Shown here piece by piece: positions 7,987 through 17,470 of a DNA stretch of 64,000 nucleotides. A program made the translations under genes and the position numbers. Source of the DNA: Minisyncoccota bacterium (lineage in GTDB: Bacteria; Patescibacteriota; Minisyncoccia; Phycocordibacterales; UBA6065); assembly GCA_035546035.1 (NCBI GenBank), contig DASZXC010000003.1, forward strand, positions 479-64,478. Reading direction: 5' to 3'. A model generated the notes under the pieces. That model saw nothing but the letters and a program-made list of their open reading frames with translations. It had not been told where the DNA came from and did not search any database. Numbering within the stretch: position 1 is the first letter of the stretch; each line of letters begins with the position of its first letter.

Positions 7987-9167
7987 GATGCGATGAATCG
8001 TCCCAAATCGTTCAGCTGATCGTGGGCCTTCATTATACCCGTCTCTGACTGAATACGGAAAAGCTCTTTATTATGATCCGTGTTCTCGTATGCCATGACG
8101 GCGAGGCCCTGTCCGCGAAGCGCGTCGATATCGACCGATGCGGGAATCTCCGTGACGCGCTTAACGATCTGGGCGCCTGATATGAGAGGCAGCCTTTCAG
8201 GAAAAGGCATATCGAGAAGCGCTGCGATGTGGGCTTCGAATATCGTCGGGGCGTCTGCCCCGGTTTTTTTCTCGAGCGCGGATTCGAATACGGCCGATGC
8301 GGGCTGCCGGGCGTTTATCTCCAAAAGCGATACCTTGCCCGTAGCGGCGTCATATATAACGTCTATGCCGAAGAGGCCTTTCCAACCCTCGGATTCGAGC
8401 CGCGCCCCGATCTGTTTTGCCATGCCCGCGGTGCTTTTGAGCAGGCCTCTGAAAGAAGCGTCGGCCGCCAGGCTCCAGTCATTGCCTATGGTCGAGAAGG
8501 GAAGGTCGGTGAAAGGCTCGAGGCCCGTGATCTGGTAGCTCGGATTTCCCATGAGCGTGCCTTTTCCGACGACGACGTTCATCGTAAACACGGGTCCGTC
8601 CACGAAATCGGCGACGCGGCATTCGCGCCGGGGAAAATCGGCGCGGATCTTCTCCAGGTCTTTGTCCGACTCGATCACGTATGTGCCTTGGCCCGTATGC
8701 GAGTGATTGAACTGGAGGACGGATTTTTTGCCCGCGTACGCAACGTCCTTACAGAGCATGATCCGATGCGGAGGCAGGAGACCGGCGATGTCATCGAGCC
8801 ATCGGACCTGCGACACCTTTTCCTCGACTTCTTTTGCGAGCTCCGCGCTCGGGTTCAAAAGATTCCAGCCTTTCTCTTTCGCCAACCGCTCTATGCGCGC
8901 CGTGTTCTGGAATACCAGAACGTCCGCCCCGCGTTCGGCGATCGTTTTCTGTGTTTCAGGAAGAGAAAGGAGGTCGAACGTATCCAGAAGCTCGCCGGCA
9001 TCCGCGCCTTTTGCTAGCCGCACGTTCTCGGAGAATCTCTTCCGGACCTCGCGGCCGTACGGCGTATCGTTCGAAACGATGAAATAATTTCCGGCAGGCT
9101 CCATACCGAGCGCGCGCTCTATGTCGCGGGTCACGTAGACAAGCGGCTTTTTAAGGCTAATATGCAT
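7968..9167 (-). CDS. ATP-grasp domain ligase (start probably ATG 9167)
   Basis: VLQFNHSHTGQGT loop, ADFVDG, GLFGIDVI, LLEINAR motifs. Confidence 0.85.
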   Translation of the reverse strand: MHISLKKPLVYVTRDIERALGMEPAGNYFIVSNDTPYGREVRKRFSENVRLAKGADAGELLDTFDLLSLPETQKTIAERGADVLVFQNTARIERLAKEKGWNLLNPSAELAKEVEEKVSQVRWLDDIAGLLPPHRIMLCKDVAYAGKKSVLQFNHSHTGQGTYVIESDKDLEKIRADFPRRECRVADFVDGPVFTMNVVVGKGTLMGNPSYQITGLEPFTDLPFSTIGNDWSLAADASFRGLLKSTAGMAKQIGARLESEGWKGLFGIDVIYDAATGKVSLLEINARQPASAVFESALEKKTGADAPTIFEAHIAALLDMPFPERLPLISGAQIVKRVTEIPASVDIDALRGQGLAVMAYENTDHNKELFRIQSETGIMKAHDQLNDLGRFIASCIKTP

Positions 9168-9195
9168 TAATGATAGTATACTTATCGCCGAAACT

Positions 9196-9861
9196 ATGGC
9201 CACTCTCTATATAGTCGCGACGCCGATAGGGAATCTCGAGGACATCACGCTCCGCGCTTTGCGCGTGCTCAAGGAAGTCTCCGTCATATTCTGCGAAGAC
9301 ACCCGCACTTCGCGCGTGCTCCTCTCCAAATACGGCATCAAGGTTCCGACCGAAAGCTTCCACGCCCAGAGCTCGCCCGTAAAGACCGATCGCGTCATCG
9401 AGCTCCTCGAAGCGGGGAACGATATCGCTCTCGTCACCGACGCGGGTACGCCGGGCATATCCGATCCCGGCATGCTTTTGGTCTCTGAGGTCCGCGCCCG
9501 CCTGCCGGCGGCGAATATCGTCGCCATTCCTGGCCCGTCAGCCCTTGCCGCCGCGGTTTCCATCGCCGGAAAGCCTCTCCATGAGTTCGTCTTCCTCGGA
9601 TTCTTGCCTCATAAGAAGGGCAGGCAGACCCTGTTCGAAGAGATCAAGGCCGGAGAGCGCCCATACGTGTTCTACGAATCTCCGCACCGCATAGAGAAGA
9701 CGCTCGAAGCGCTGAAGGGAATGGAAAAGACCGTCACTATACTTCGCGAGATCACCAAGATGCACGAATCATACGTGTCCGGAACCGCCGAAGAGGTCTT
9801 GAAGGCGTTCAGAGACAATCCGGGAACGCTCCGCGGAGAATTCGTCGTCATCGTCAGCTAA
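9196..9861 (+). CDS. rsmI: 16S rRNA (cytidine1402-2'-O)-methyltransferase
   Basis: LYIVATPIGNLEDIT.RA, CEDTR, DAGTPGISDPG, YESPHR, REITK.HE, GEFV. Confidence 0.97.
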   Translation: MATLYIVATPIGNLEDITLRALRVLKEVSVIFCEDTRTSRVLLSKYGIKVPTESFHAQSSPVKTDRVIELLEAGNDIALVTDAGTPGISDPGMLLVSEVRARLPAANIVAIPGPSALAAAVSIAGKPLHEFVFLGFLPHKKGRQTLFEEIKAGERPYVFYESPHRIEKTLEALKGMEKTVTILREITKMHESYVSGTAEEVLKAFRDNPGTLRGEFVVIVS

Positions 9862-9897
9862 TCAACAGCCGCGCGCTCTTCGTGCGCCTCTCTCGCG

Positions 9898-9906
9898 TGC
9901 TATAAT
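9898..9906 (+). promoter_or_regulatory. Extended -10 promoter, leaderless start
   Basis: TGC-TATAAT 6 nt before ATG 9913. Confidence 0.65.
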
Positions 9907-9912
9907 GCGCGC

Positions 9913-10056
9913 ATGAGATTCAGGAACGTCATCATCGCCTTGGGTGTTCTGATAGTCATCGAGCCTTTACTCCGTTTCCCTTCATCGTGGGACGACGTCG
10001 TATACGGCATACTTGGCTTTTTCGTCATCGCGCTGGCGTACATGAGCCGCGGATAA
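9913..10056 (+). CDS. Small two-TM membrane protein, 47 aa (not in ORF track)
   Basis: MRFRNVIIALGVLIVIEPLLRFPSSWDDVVYGILGFFVIALAYMSRG, directly after a perfect -10. Confidence 0.7.
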   Translation: MRFRNVIIALGVLIVIEPLLRFPSSWDDVVYGILGFFVIALAYMSRG

Positions 10057-10071
10057 TCTTTCACATACCGA

Positions 10072-11313
10072 GTGTCAGGGAAGAACACCAAACAGAGCGT
10101 TCGAGCGTACAGGATAGGCGTCGGCCTATTCCTGCTTTTTATGTTCCTCGCCATTTTCCTCTATGCGGCCGGGCCGCTCTTCGAGCAGACGACCTATGAG
10201 AATAAGCCTGTCGAGGTCGCGACGACCACCGTACCCGTTCCGGTCGGCCGCCAGGCTACCCATGTGCCGACTCCGGAGCCGGTCAAAGGCATATATATGA
10301 CGTCGTGCGTCGCCGCGACGCCTTCGCTCCGCGTGAAGCTCGCCGACCTCATAGACGAGACCGAGCTCAACTCCGTCGTTATAGACATCAAGTCGTTCGA
10401 CGGGCATATCTCGTTCATGCCGGAGAATCCCGCGCTCAAAGACGCCGTCGGCGGATGCTATGTCAAAGACATGCAGGATTTCATCGACACGCTCCATGCG
10501 AAGGATATATATGTGATCGGCCGCGTCGCATCGTTCCAAGACCAGTACATGGTGGCGAAGCGTCCCGACCTCGCTGTCAAAAAAGAGAGCGCGACGTCTA
10601 CTGTCTGGCGCGACTATAAAGGCATCGCGTGGATAGACGCGTCGTCGGTCGAGCACTGGAAGTATCTCGTAGACATAGCGAAAGACGCCCATGCGATCGG
10701 TTTCGACGAGATAAACTTCGACTACATACGATTCCCGGCCGACGGCAATATGAAAGACATCTGGTATCCGCTGTCGGGGAAGAAAGACAAGAGCCAGGTC
10801 GTCAGGGGATTCTACGAATACCTCCATCACGAGCTCTCGCCGCTCGGCATCACCATATCGGGCGACCTCTTCGGCATGACGACGACCAATACCGACGACC
10901 TGAACATCGGGCAAATACTCGAATACGGATTGGCGAACTTCGATTACGTGATGCCGATGGTCTATCCGTCGCATTACCCGGACGGATTCTACGGGATCCC
11001 TGACCCGAACAAGGACGTCTACAAGGTCGTGAAGATCTCCATGGACAAGGCCGTCGCTCGCGCCGCCGCGACGACGACCCCGATCCTCACGGATACCCGT
11101 ATCGGTACCTCTACGCCCGCGGTCTATGCGAAGCCCGTATGGGACAGCAAGAAGCTCCGCCCGTGGCTTCAGGATAATAACTATCCGGTCACGTACACAG
11201 CTGAGATGGTGAGGGCGCAGATACAGGCCGACTACGATTCGAGCGCGACGAGCTGGTCGCTCTGGAATGCGGGGAACAAATATACGAGGGCGGCGCTCGA
11301 GCCGAAGCCGTGA
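10072..11313 (+). CDS. Membrane-anchored putative glycoside hydrolase (DUF4015-like TIM barrel)
   Basis: N-terminal TM, VKGIYMT, NSVVIDIK, GFDEINFDYIRFP, PMVYPSHY, LRPWLQD. Confidence 0.85.
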   Translation: MSGKNTKQSVRAYRIGVGLFLLFMFLAIFLYAAGPLFEQTTYENKPVEVATTTVPVPVGRQATHVPTPEPVKGIYMTSCVAATPSLRVKLADLIDETELNSVVIDIKSFDGHISFMPENPALKDAVGGCYVKDMQDFIDTLHAKDIYVIGRVASFQDQYMVAKRPDLAVKKESATSTVWRDYKGIAWIDASSVEHWKYLVDIAKDAHAIGFDEINFDYIRFPADGNMKDIWYPLSGKKDKSQVVRGFYEYLHHELSPLGITISGDLFGMTTTNTDDLNIGQILEYGLANFDYVMPMVYPSHYPDGFYGIPDPNKDVYKVVKISMDKAVARAAATTTPILTDTRIGTSTPAVYAKPVWDSKKLRPWLQDNNYPVTYTAEMVRAQIQADYDSSATSWSLWNAGNKYTRAALEPKP

Positions 11314-11315
11314 TA

Positions 11316-11344
11316 TTGACTTTAGATTAAAATCATTATAGGAT
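11316..11344 (+). promoter_or_regulatory. Sigma70-type promoter
   Basis: TTGACT-N17-TAGGAT. Confidence 0.55.
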
Positions 11345-11386
11345 AGCAAGGAACTTTCCCAAGCGTTTCCTCGTTCCTTATATCTG

Positions 11387-11671
11387 ATGAATATTAAAAC
11401 CATAGCTCTATCCGTACTGGTGATCCCTGCCGCTGTCCTTGCCGGGCTTTGCATAAAATTCGGCGTGCTGCTCGTGCTGGGCAGTTTCCTCGGAATCCTC
11501 ATTGCTCTGTCTATCGTCGTGGTCCTCTTCGCTCTCTATCAGATGAGGCCTCGATGCGAGAACGACAGCTGCAAGTCGAGGCTCATCTTCAGCGGCACCT
11601 GCTCCCGATGCGGCAAGCCGCAGACGAGCTATCAGGCGGTCTCGAAGGTCCGCCGGTGCCGCGCGATCTGA
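11387..11671 (+). CDS. Small membrane protein with C-terminal zinc ribbon
   Basis: Two hydrophobic helices then CENDSC...CSRCG; own promoter and terminator. Confidence 0.65.
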   Translation: MNIKTIALSVLVIPAAVLAGLCIKFGVLLVLGSFLGILIALSIVVVLFALYQMRPRCENDSCKSRLIFSGTCSRCGKPQTSYQAVSKVRRCRAI

Positions 11672-11692
11672 TCGCCGGCGTTCGCCGTCAGA

Positions 11693-11728
11693 CGAGCCGC
11701 TCTCATACCGAGAGCGGCTTTTCCTTTT
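11693..11728 (+). terminator. Intrinsic terminator
   Basis: agccgctctc-atacc-gagagcggct then ttttccttttc. Confidence 0.7.
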
Positions 11729-11872
11729 CGCCTTCCCGCGCTTTCGCGGTCTGGACAAAATCCGGCGATTCGATATAGTTTCGAAGGTCTTGTTCGCCGG
11801 CAACAAGCCCCTCGCTGAGGGGTTACGGTTTCCTCTCAGGAGCTTCGCCGGTATTTTACAAAATACATAACG

Positions 11873-12082
11873 ATGCACCCACACGCCAGACGTACCATTG
11901 TCCTCGGTCCCAGCCTTCCCAAAGTCGATCCGGAAAAACCGGTTCCCGAACGCTCCTCGCGGAGCGTGCCGGAACCCGTGATTCCCGTCGGCTGCGGATT
12001 GGCGAGAGCCCGGGCCATCAAGGAAGATGCGGCCCGTCGCGGCCAGTCCGCGCCGGTAGGCCTCTCCGCGATGCCTGCTTGA
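11873..12082 (+). CDS. Hypothetical small protein
   Basis: ORF after an AT-rich leader and before a terminator; no recognisable motif. Confidence 0.35.
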   Translation: MHPHARRTIVLGPSLPKVDPEKPVPERSSRSVPEPVIPVGCGLARARAIKEDAARRGQSAPVGLSAMPA

Positions 12083-12108
12083 ACGTCGTGAAGTGCAAAA
12101 GCCTGCGC

Positions 12109-12141
12109 GGCCGCCGATGCATATCGGCGGCCGCTTTTTTG
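12109..12141 (+). terminator. Intrinsic terminator
   Basis: gcggccgccgat-gcat-atcggcggccgc-tttttt. Confidence 0.75.
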
Positions 12142-12148
12142 TGACATA

Positions 12149-13993
12149 ATGATGGAAATGACCAGCGACGACAAAGTCACATACTTCGCCGAGACCGATG
12201 CCCGGAACAAGCGCGTCAAATTCGGGATCAAGGCAAAAGACCGCACCCGCCACGTCTATATCATCGGCAAGACGGGCATGGGCAAATCCACTCTCCTCGA
12301 GAATATGGCGGTGCAAGACATTCAGGGCGGGGAAGGCTGCTGCTTCATAGACCCTCACGGCAAGACCGCCGAGCTTCTCCTCAATTACGTTCCCGAAAAT
12401 CGCCTCAAGGACGTGCTCTATTTCGCGCCGTTCGACGTCGAGCACCCGATCGCGTTCAACGTCATGGAGGACGTCGGCTACGACAAGCGCCATCTCGTCG
12501 TATCCGGCCTCATGTCCACATTCAAAAAAATATGGGCCGATGCGTGGAGCGCCCGCATGGAATATATCCTCTCGAACACGCTTCTCGCGCTCCTCGAATA
12601 TCCAGGAGCGACGCTCTTGGGAGTGAACAAGATGCTCTCTGACAAGGACTATCGCAAAAAGGTCGTCGACAACATCAAAGATCCGGCGGTGAAGTCGTTC
12701 TGGGTGGACGAGTTCGCCAAATATACCGACAGGTTCGCCGCCGAAGCGACTCCGGCCATTCAGAACAAGATCGGCCAGTTCACGAATAACCCTCTCATCA
12801 GGAATATCATCGGCCAGCCGAAATCGTCGTTCGACCTTCGCAAGATGATGGACGACAGGAAGATTCTCATCGTGAACCTCTCGAAAGGCCGCGTGGGCGA
12901 ATCGAACGCCAATCTCCTCGGCGCTATGCTCATCACCAAGATATATCTCGCCGCGATGTCGCGCGCCGACGTCTCTGACAAGATAATGAAGACCCTGCCG
13001 AACTTCTACCTCTATGTGGACGAATTCCAGTCCTTCGCGAACGAGTCTTTCGCCGATATCCTCTCCGAGGCGCGAAAATACAAGCTGAACCTGACCATGG
13101 CGCATCAGTACATCGAGCAGATGTCCGAAGAAGTGCGCGCGGCGGTGTTCGGCAACGTCGGTACCATGATCGTGTTCCGGGTGGGCTCGTACGACGCAGA
13201 GGTCTTGGAGAAGGAATTCGCCCCGCAATTCACGGCTGAAGACATCGTGAACCTCGGCTTCGCGCAGATATATCTGCGGCTTATGATCGACGGGATAGGT
13301 TCGCAGCCGTTTTCGGCGACCACGCTGCCGCCGATACCCGAACCCGCCGTCACGTTCAAGGAGCAAGTCGTCCAGGGCTCGCGCGCCCAATTCACCCAAG
13401 TTCGTCCGGTCGTCGAAGAGCTCGTCCGCATGCAGACCTTGGGCGCGACGCCCGACAGGCCTCTCGCGACCATGAAGGCAGAGCCGCGCGACAGGACCAG
13501 CACGGCGGAAAGGGCTGACAGGCCGATGCCGCCGGCGCCTTCACCTATGCCGCCGCGCGAGCCGCGCAGGGAAGAGAGGCGTGACGATCGCCGCGAAGAT
13601 CGCAGAGACGACAGGCGCCTGCCGCAGGAGAATAATCGTCGCCACGAGACGCCGCCGATGGACGCGAGCGACGGATTTCATGGTTTCGACGCTATCAAGG
13701 CCATGGTCACGCCGCGTCCGCTTCAGAATAGCCAGAGCCAAGATCAGAAGCGCCCGAACGATCAGAGACCCGAAAAAAAGGGCGTGACCGAAGAGTCGCG
13801 AAACGACCTGCGTCAGGCACTCGCTTCTATAGCGAAGCCTCCGGCTGCTCCCAAAGAAGCGCCGAAGCAGGAGGCGAAGAAGGAAGCGGCTCCTCCGGCG
13901 CCTCCTGTCGCGCCGCGACCGCCTGAACTCAAGCATTCCGGACCGGCGAACGAGGTTCCGGAAGACGTCCTTAACAAACTCCTTGATATGTAA
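12149..13993 (+). CDS. Type IV coupling protein-like ATPase (TraD/VirD4/TrwB family); start may be 12158
   Basis: HVYIIGKTGMGKST Walker A, FIDPHG, YVDEFQ Walker B, EARKYKL...AHQY; Pro/Arg-rich disordered tail. Confidence 0.9.
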   Translation: MMEMTSDDKVTYFAETDARNKRVKFGIKAKDRTRHVYIIGKTGMGKSTLLENMAVQDIQGGEGCCFIDPHGKTAELLLNYVPENRLKDVLYFAPFDVEHPIAFNVMEDVGYDKRHLVVSGLMSTFKKIWADAWSARMEYILSNTLLALLEYPGATLLGVNKMLSDKDYRKKVVDNIKDPAVKSFWVDEFAKYTDRFAAEATPAIQNKIGQFTNNPLIRNIIGQPKSSFDLRKMMDDRKILIVNLSKGRVGESNANLLGAMLITKIYLAAMSRADVSDKIMKTLPNFYLYVDEFQSFANESFADILSEARKYKLNLTMAHQYIEQMSEEVRAAVFGNVGTMIVFRVGSYDAEVLEKEFAPQFTAEDIVNLGFAQIYLRLMIDGIGSQPFSATTLPPIPEPAVTFKEQVVQGSRAQFTQVRPVVEELVRMQTLGATPDRPLATMKAEPRDRTSTAERADRPMPPAPSPMPPREPRREERRDDRREDRRDDRRLPQENNRRHETPPMDASDGFHGFDAIKAMVTPRPLQNSQSQDQKRPNDQRPEKKGVTEESRNDLRQALASIAKPPAAPKEAPKQEAKKEAAPPAPPVAPRPPELKHSGPANEVPEDVLNKLLDM

Positions 13994-14056
13994 CGCCTTC
14001 GCCTCCAAGAGGATTATAATGAGGCGCTACAATTCATATATCCCGTAAAAACCGCC

Positions 14057-15220
14057 ATGTCAGCAAAGAAAGCCCTTATATTCTCCCTCGCATACTATCC
14101 TCGCCTCGTCGGCGGGGCTGAAGTCGCCGTGAGGGAGATGACCGACCGTATCGATCCGGCGGACATCGAATTCCACATGGTCACCATGAAGGCCGGATCT
14201 CTGCCCGTGCAGGAGAAGATCGGCAACGTGACCGTCTACCGCGTCGGCCTTCCGGTGTCGTCGGGGCCGCTCTTCGCGCTCAATAAATACCTCTATCTCT
14301 TTCTTGCGCCGCTCAAGGCGTCGTGTCTCCATCGCTCGATGAAATTCGATTTCACCTGGAGCATCATGGCCTATGTCGCCGGCTTTCCCGGCCTTTTCTT
14401 CAAGCTCTTCCATATGGACGTGCCGTTCGTGCTCACGCTCCAGGAAGGCGATCCGATCGATTATATGCTCCGCAAGACGCGGTTCGTGCGGGGGACGTTC
14501 CGCAAGATATTCGCGCATGCCGACCGCATCCAGGCCATCTCGAAATACCTGGCCGATTTCGCGCGCGATATGGGTGCGACCGCAAAGCCCGTCGTCGTCC
14601 CGAACGGCGTAGATGTGGAGAAGTTCTCGAAATTCATCGTGGGCGAAGAGCTCCAGGCGATAAAGCGCGAGATCGGCAAAATGCCGGACGACGTATTCAT
14701 CGTCACAGCCGGACGCCTTGTGGAAAAGAATGCGGTCGGCGATATTATCGGCTCTCTCGTATACCTTCCGGCGAACGTGAAATTCCTCAATATCGGTTCG
14801 GGTCATCTGGAGCAAGGACTCAGACAACAGGCGAAACGGCTTGGCGTGGATAACCGCGTCATATTCAAAGGCTTCGTTCCGCATGAATCATTGCCCGGAT
14901 ACCTTCAGGCTTCCGACATATTCATCCGCCCGTCTCTCTCCGAAGGATTCGGCAATTCATTCGTCGAAGCGATGGTCGCAGGCATACCCGTCATCGCTAC
15001 GAGGACGGGCGGCATCGTCGACTTCCTCCGCGACAAAGAAACGGGGCTTTTCTGCGAAACGAATTCGCCGCAGGACATCGCCCGCAAGGTCCAGATATAT
15101 ATGCAGGACAAGAGCCTCCGCACCGAGATCGTGGATAATGCCATGCACATGGTCGTAGACCGCTATGACTGGAGGACGGTCGCGAACGACATGAAGGAGA
15201 AGGTTTTCGACCTGGTATGA
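14057..15220 (+). CDS. Glycosyltransferase family 4
   Basis: GGAE, PNGVD, GRLVEKN, EGFGNSFVEAM. Confidence 0.93.
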   Translation: MSAKKALIFSLAYYPRLVGGAEVAVREMTDRIDPADIEFHMVTMKAGSLPVQEKIGNVTVYRVGLPVSSGPLFALNKYLYLFLAPLKASCLHRSMKFDFTWSIMAYVAGFPGLFFKLFHMDVPFVLTLQEGDPIDYMLRKTRFVRGTFRKIFAHADRIQAISKYLADFARDMGATAKPVVVPNGVDVEKFSKFIVGEELQAIKREIGKMPDDVFIVTAGRLVEKNAVGDIIGSLVYLPANVKFLNIGSGHLEQGLRQQAKRLGVDNRVIFKGFVPHESLPGYLQASDIFIRPSLSEGFGNSFVEAMVAGIPVIATRTGGIVDFLRDKETGLFCETNSPQDIARKVQIYMQDKSLRTEIVDNAMHMVVDRYDWRTVANDMKEKVFDLV

Positions 15221-15227
15221 TGAAGCC

Positions 15228-16340
15228 ATGAAGATTCTCGTAGCAACCGGCATATTCCCGCCGCAGATCGGCGGCCCTGCGACCTATTCCAAGCTCATAT
15301 ATGACGAGCTTCCGAAGCGCGGCATCGAAGTCGAGATCGCGAGCTTCGGCGACTACATCCACAAGCCGAGGTTCGTCAGGCATTTTATGTATTTCATGGA
15401 ATTGCTCCGCAAGGCGCCGGAAGCCGACATCATATATGCCATGGATCCCGTCTCCGTGGGGCTTCCGGCGCTCTTCGCTTCCCAGATACGCGGCAAGGAG
15501 CTCGTTCTCAAGGTCGTCGGGGACTATGCCTGGGAGCAGGGGACGCAGAGGTTCGGCGTGACCGATACGCTCGACCATTTCGCGCGGAACCATGGCGCGC
15601 ATGCCTGGCAGGTCAGGCTTCTCAAATGGATAGAAGCCTATGTCGCCGAAGGCGCGAAGCGCGTCATCACGCCTTCGAAATATCTGAAGTCGATACTCGT
15701 GGATTGGGGCGTGGACTCGCGCAATGTATCTGTCATATATAACGGCTTTCATATAGAGCCGGTCAAGGAGACTCCAAGCGTTCTGAAGAAGCGCATGAAA
15801 TGGACGGGCAAGACGATCGTCACCGTCGGGCGCCTCGTCCCATGGAAGGGGATCAAGGAAGTGATCGAGGCCATGCCCGACGTCATCGCCGCGCATCCCG
15901 ATGCCAAGCTCCTGGTTATCGGCGACGGGCCGGACGGGGAGAGCCTGAAGAAGCGCGCGACGGAGCTCGCCGTCGCCGACAGGGTCGCATTTACAGGCCG
16001 CTTGGATCAGAGAACGATGTTCGAATACGTGAAAGCATCCGACCTGTTCGTCCTGAATACGGCGTATGAAGGATTCTCGCACCAGATACTCGAAACCATG
16101 GCTTTAGGTACCCCGGTTATAACCACGGCTGTGGGCGGAAACGTCGAGATAATAAGGAATGCCGAGAACGGTATTTTGATCGCTCCTGGGGCCTTGCAGA
16201 GCCTTAAAGAGGCCATCATAGGTCTTTTGGGCAATATAAAGGGCGCTGACGGCCTTGCCCGAAAGGCTAAGAAAGACGTCTCCGGGTTCACCGACGAGAT
16301 CATGCTCGACAGGCTTGCGGACGAGCTAAAGAAGATATAG
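15228..16340 (+). CDS. Glycosyltransferase family 4
   Basis: FPPQIGGPATY, GRLVPWKG, EGFSHQILETM. Confidence 0.93.
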   Translation: MKILVATGIFPPQIGGPATYSKLIYDELPKRGIEVEIASFGDYIHKPRFVRHFMYFMELLRKAPEADIIYAMDPVSVGLPALFASQIRGKELVLKVVGDYAWEQGTQRFGVTDTLDHFARNHGAHAWQVRLLKWIEAYVAEGAKRVITPSKYLKSILVDWGVDSRNVSVIYNGFHIEPVKETPSVLKKRMKWTGKTIVTVGRLVPWKGIKEVIEAMPDVIAAHPDAKLLVIGDGPDGESLKKRATELAVADRVAFTGRLDQRTMFEYVKASDLFVLNTAYEGFSHQILETMALGTPVITTAVGGNVEIIRNAENGILIAPGALQSLKEAIIGLLGNIKGADGLARKAKKDVSGFTDEIMLDRLADELKKI

Positions 16341-16346
16341 CGAAGT

Positions 16347-17453
16347 ATGACGAAAGTGCTCATGATATCAGCTGACGAAAAGGTGCTTCAGGTAGAAAGC
16401 CCTGTTCAGGCGCGCATGAAAGATTACGGATCGTGCTTCGACGAGCTTCACATCGTCGTGCGCTCTCTTAAAAATCCCGCTATCACGGCGGCGAAGATTT
16501 CTATAGCTCCAAATACGTTCGCGTATCCGACCCAGTCGGCCGGCAAGGCTTCATATATGAAAGACATCGTGCGCGTAGGCGGGGAAGTCATCGCGCAGGC
16601 CGGACTATCGCCGAAAGATTCCGTCATCACGGTCCAGGATCCTTTCGTCACAGGCTCCGCTGCCCTCGCATTGGCAAAACGGTCGGGCTTGCCGCTCCAT
16701 GTTCAGATTCATACCGATATGTACAGCCCCTATTTCAAAGATGGATTCCTCAACAGATTCCGCATACTCATGTCGGGTCGAGTGCTTCGCGCCGCCAAGG
16801 CGATCCGCACGGTATCAGAACGCACCCGCGCCGGTCTGCCGACGGCATTGCGCGCCAAGTCGTCCGTCGTGCCGGTCTACATAGACCTTCATGAGATAAG
16901 GAGAGCGCCGATCTCTGTCGATCTCCATCAAAAATATCCTCAATTCGAAAAGATCGCGCTCATGGCATCGCGCATCACCGCTGAAAAAGATATGCCGACG
17001 GCGTTGCGCGCATTCGCAAAAGCTCTCGCCGATCGCTCGGAGGCAGGTCTCGTCATCGCCGGCGCCGGTCCGGAGCTCGAGAATATCAAATCGCTCGTAA
17101 GCAGGCTCGGTCTCGACGAAAGCGTCGTCTTCGAGCCGTGGACAGACCATGATACTCTTGTCTCATATATGAAGACATGCGACGTTTTTATGCTCTCGTC
17201 TTTGTATGAAGGCTATGGCATGGCGCTCCTCGAAGCGCACGCGGCGGGCGCGACGATCGTTTCGACCGATGTCGGCATAGCGCCTCTTTTGGCAGGGGAA
17301 GTCTGCGAGCCGAAAGATGCCGATGCGTTCGCCCGATCGATCGTGCGCGCATTTTCAGGCGAGCTTCGCAATAAGAATTATGTGTATCCGTATCCGTCGC
17401 GCGCAGCATATCTGGCAGAGCATGCGAAAGATATAGAGCGCGCTTTGCCGTAA
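16347..17453 (+). CDS. Glycosyltransferase family 4
   Basis: SRITAEK, EGYGMALLEA, STDVG. Confidence 0.9.
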   Translation: MTKVLMISADEKVLQVESPVQARMKDYGSCFDELHIVVRSLKNPAITAAKISIAPNTFAYPTQSAGKASYMKDIVRVGGEVIAQAGLSPKDSVITVQDPFVTGSAALALAKRSGLPLHVQIHTDMYSPYFKDGFLNRFRILMSGRVLRAAKAIRTVSERTRAGLPTALRAKSSVVPVYIDLHEIRRAPISVDLHQKYPQFEKIALMASRITAEKDMPTALRAFAKALADRSEAGLVIAGAGPELENIKSLVSRLGLDESVVFEPWTDHDTLVSYMKTCDVFMLSSLYEGYGMALLEAHAAGATIVSTDVGIAPLLAGEVCEPKDADAFARSIVRAFSGELRNKNYVYPYPSRAAYLAEHAKDIERALP

Positions 17454-17470
17454 TCCCGTATAATCTCGCC

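Noticed and set aside
13560-13625. Repeat array in the coupling-protein gene
   Set aside because: Degenerate coding low complexity (RRED-type), no spacers; not CRISPR
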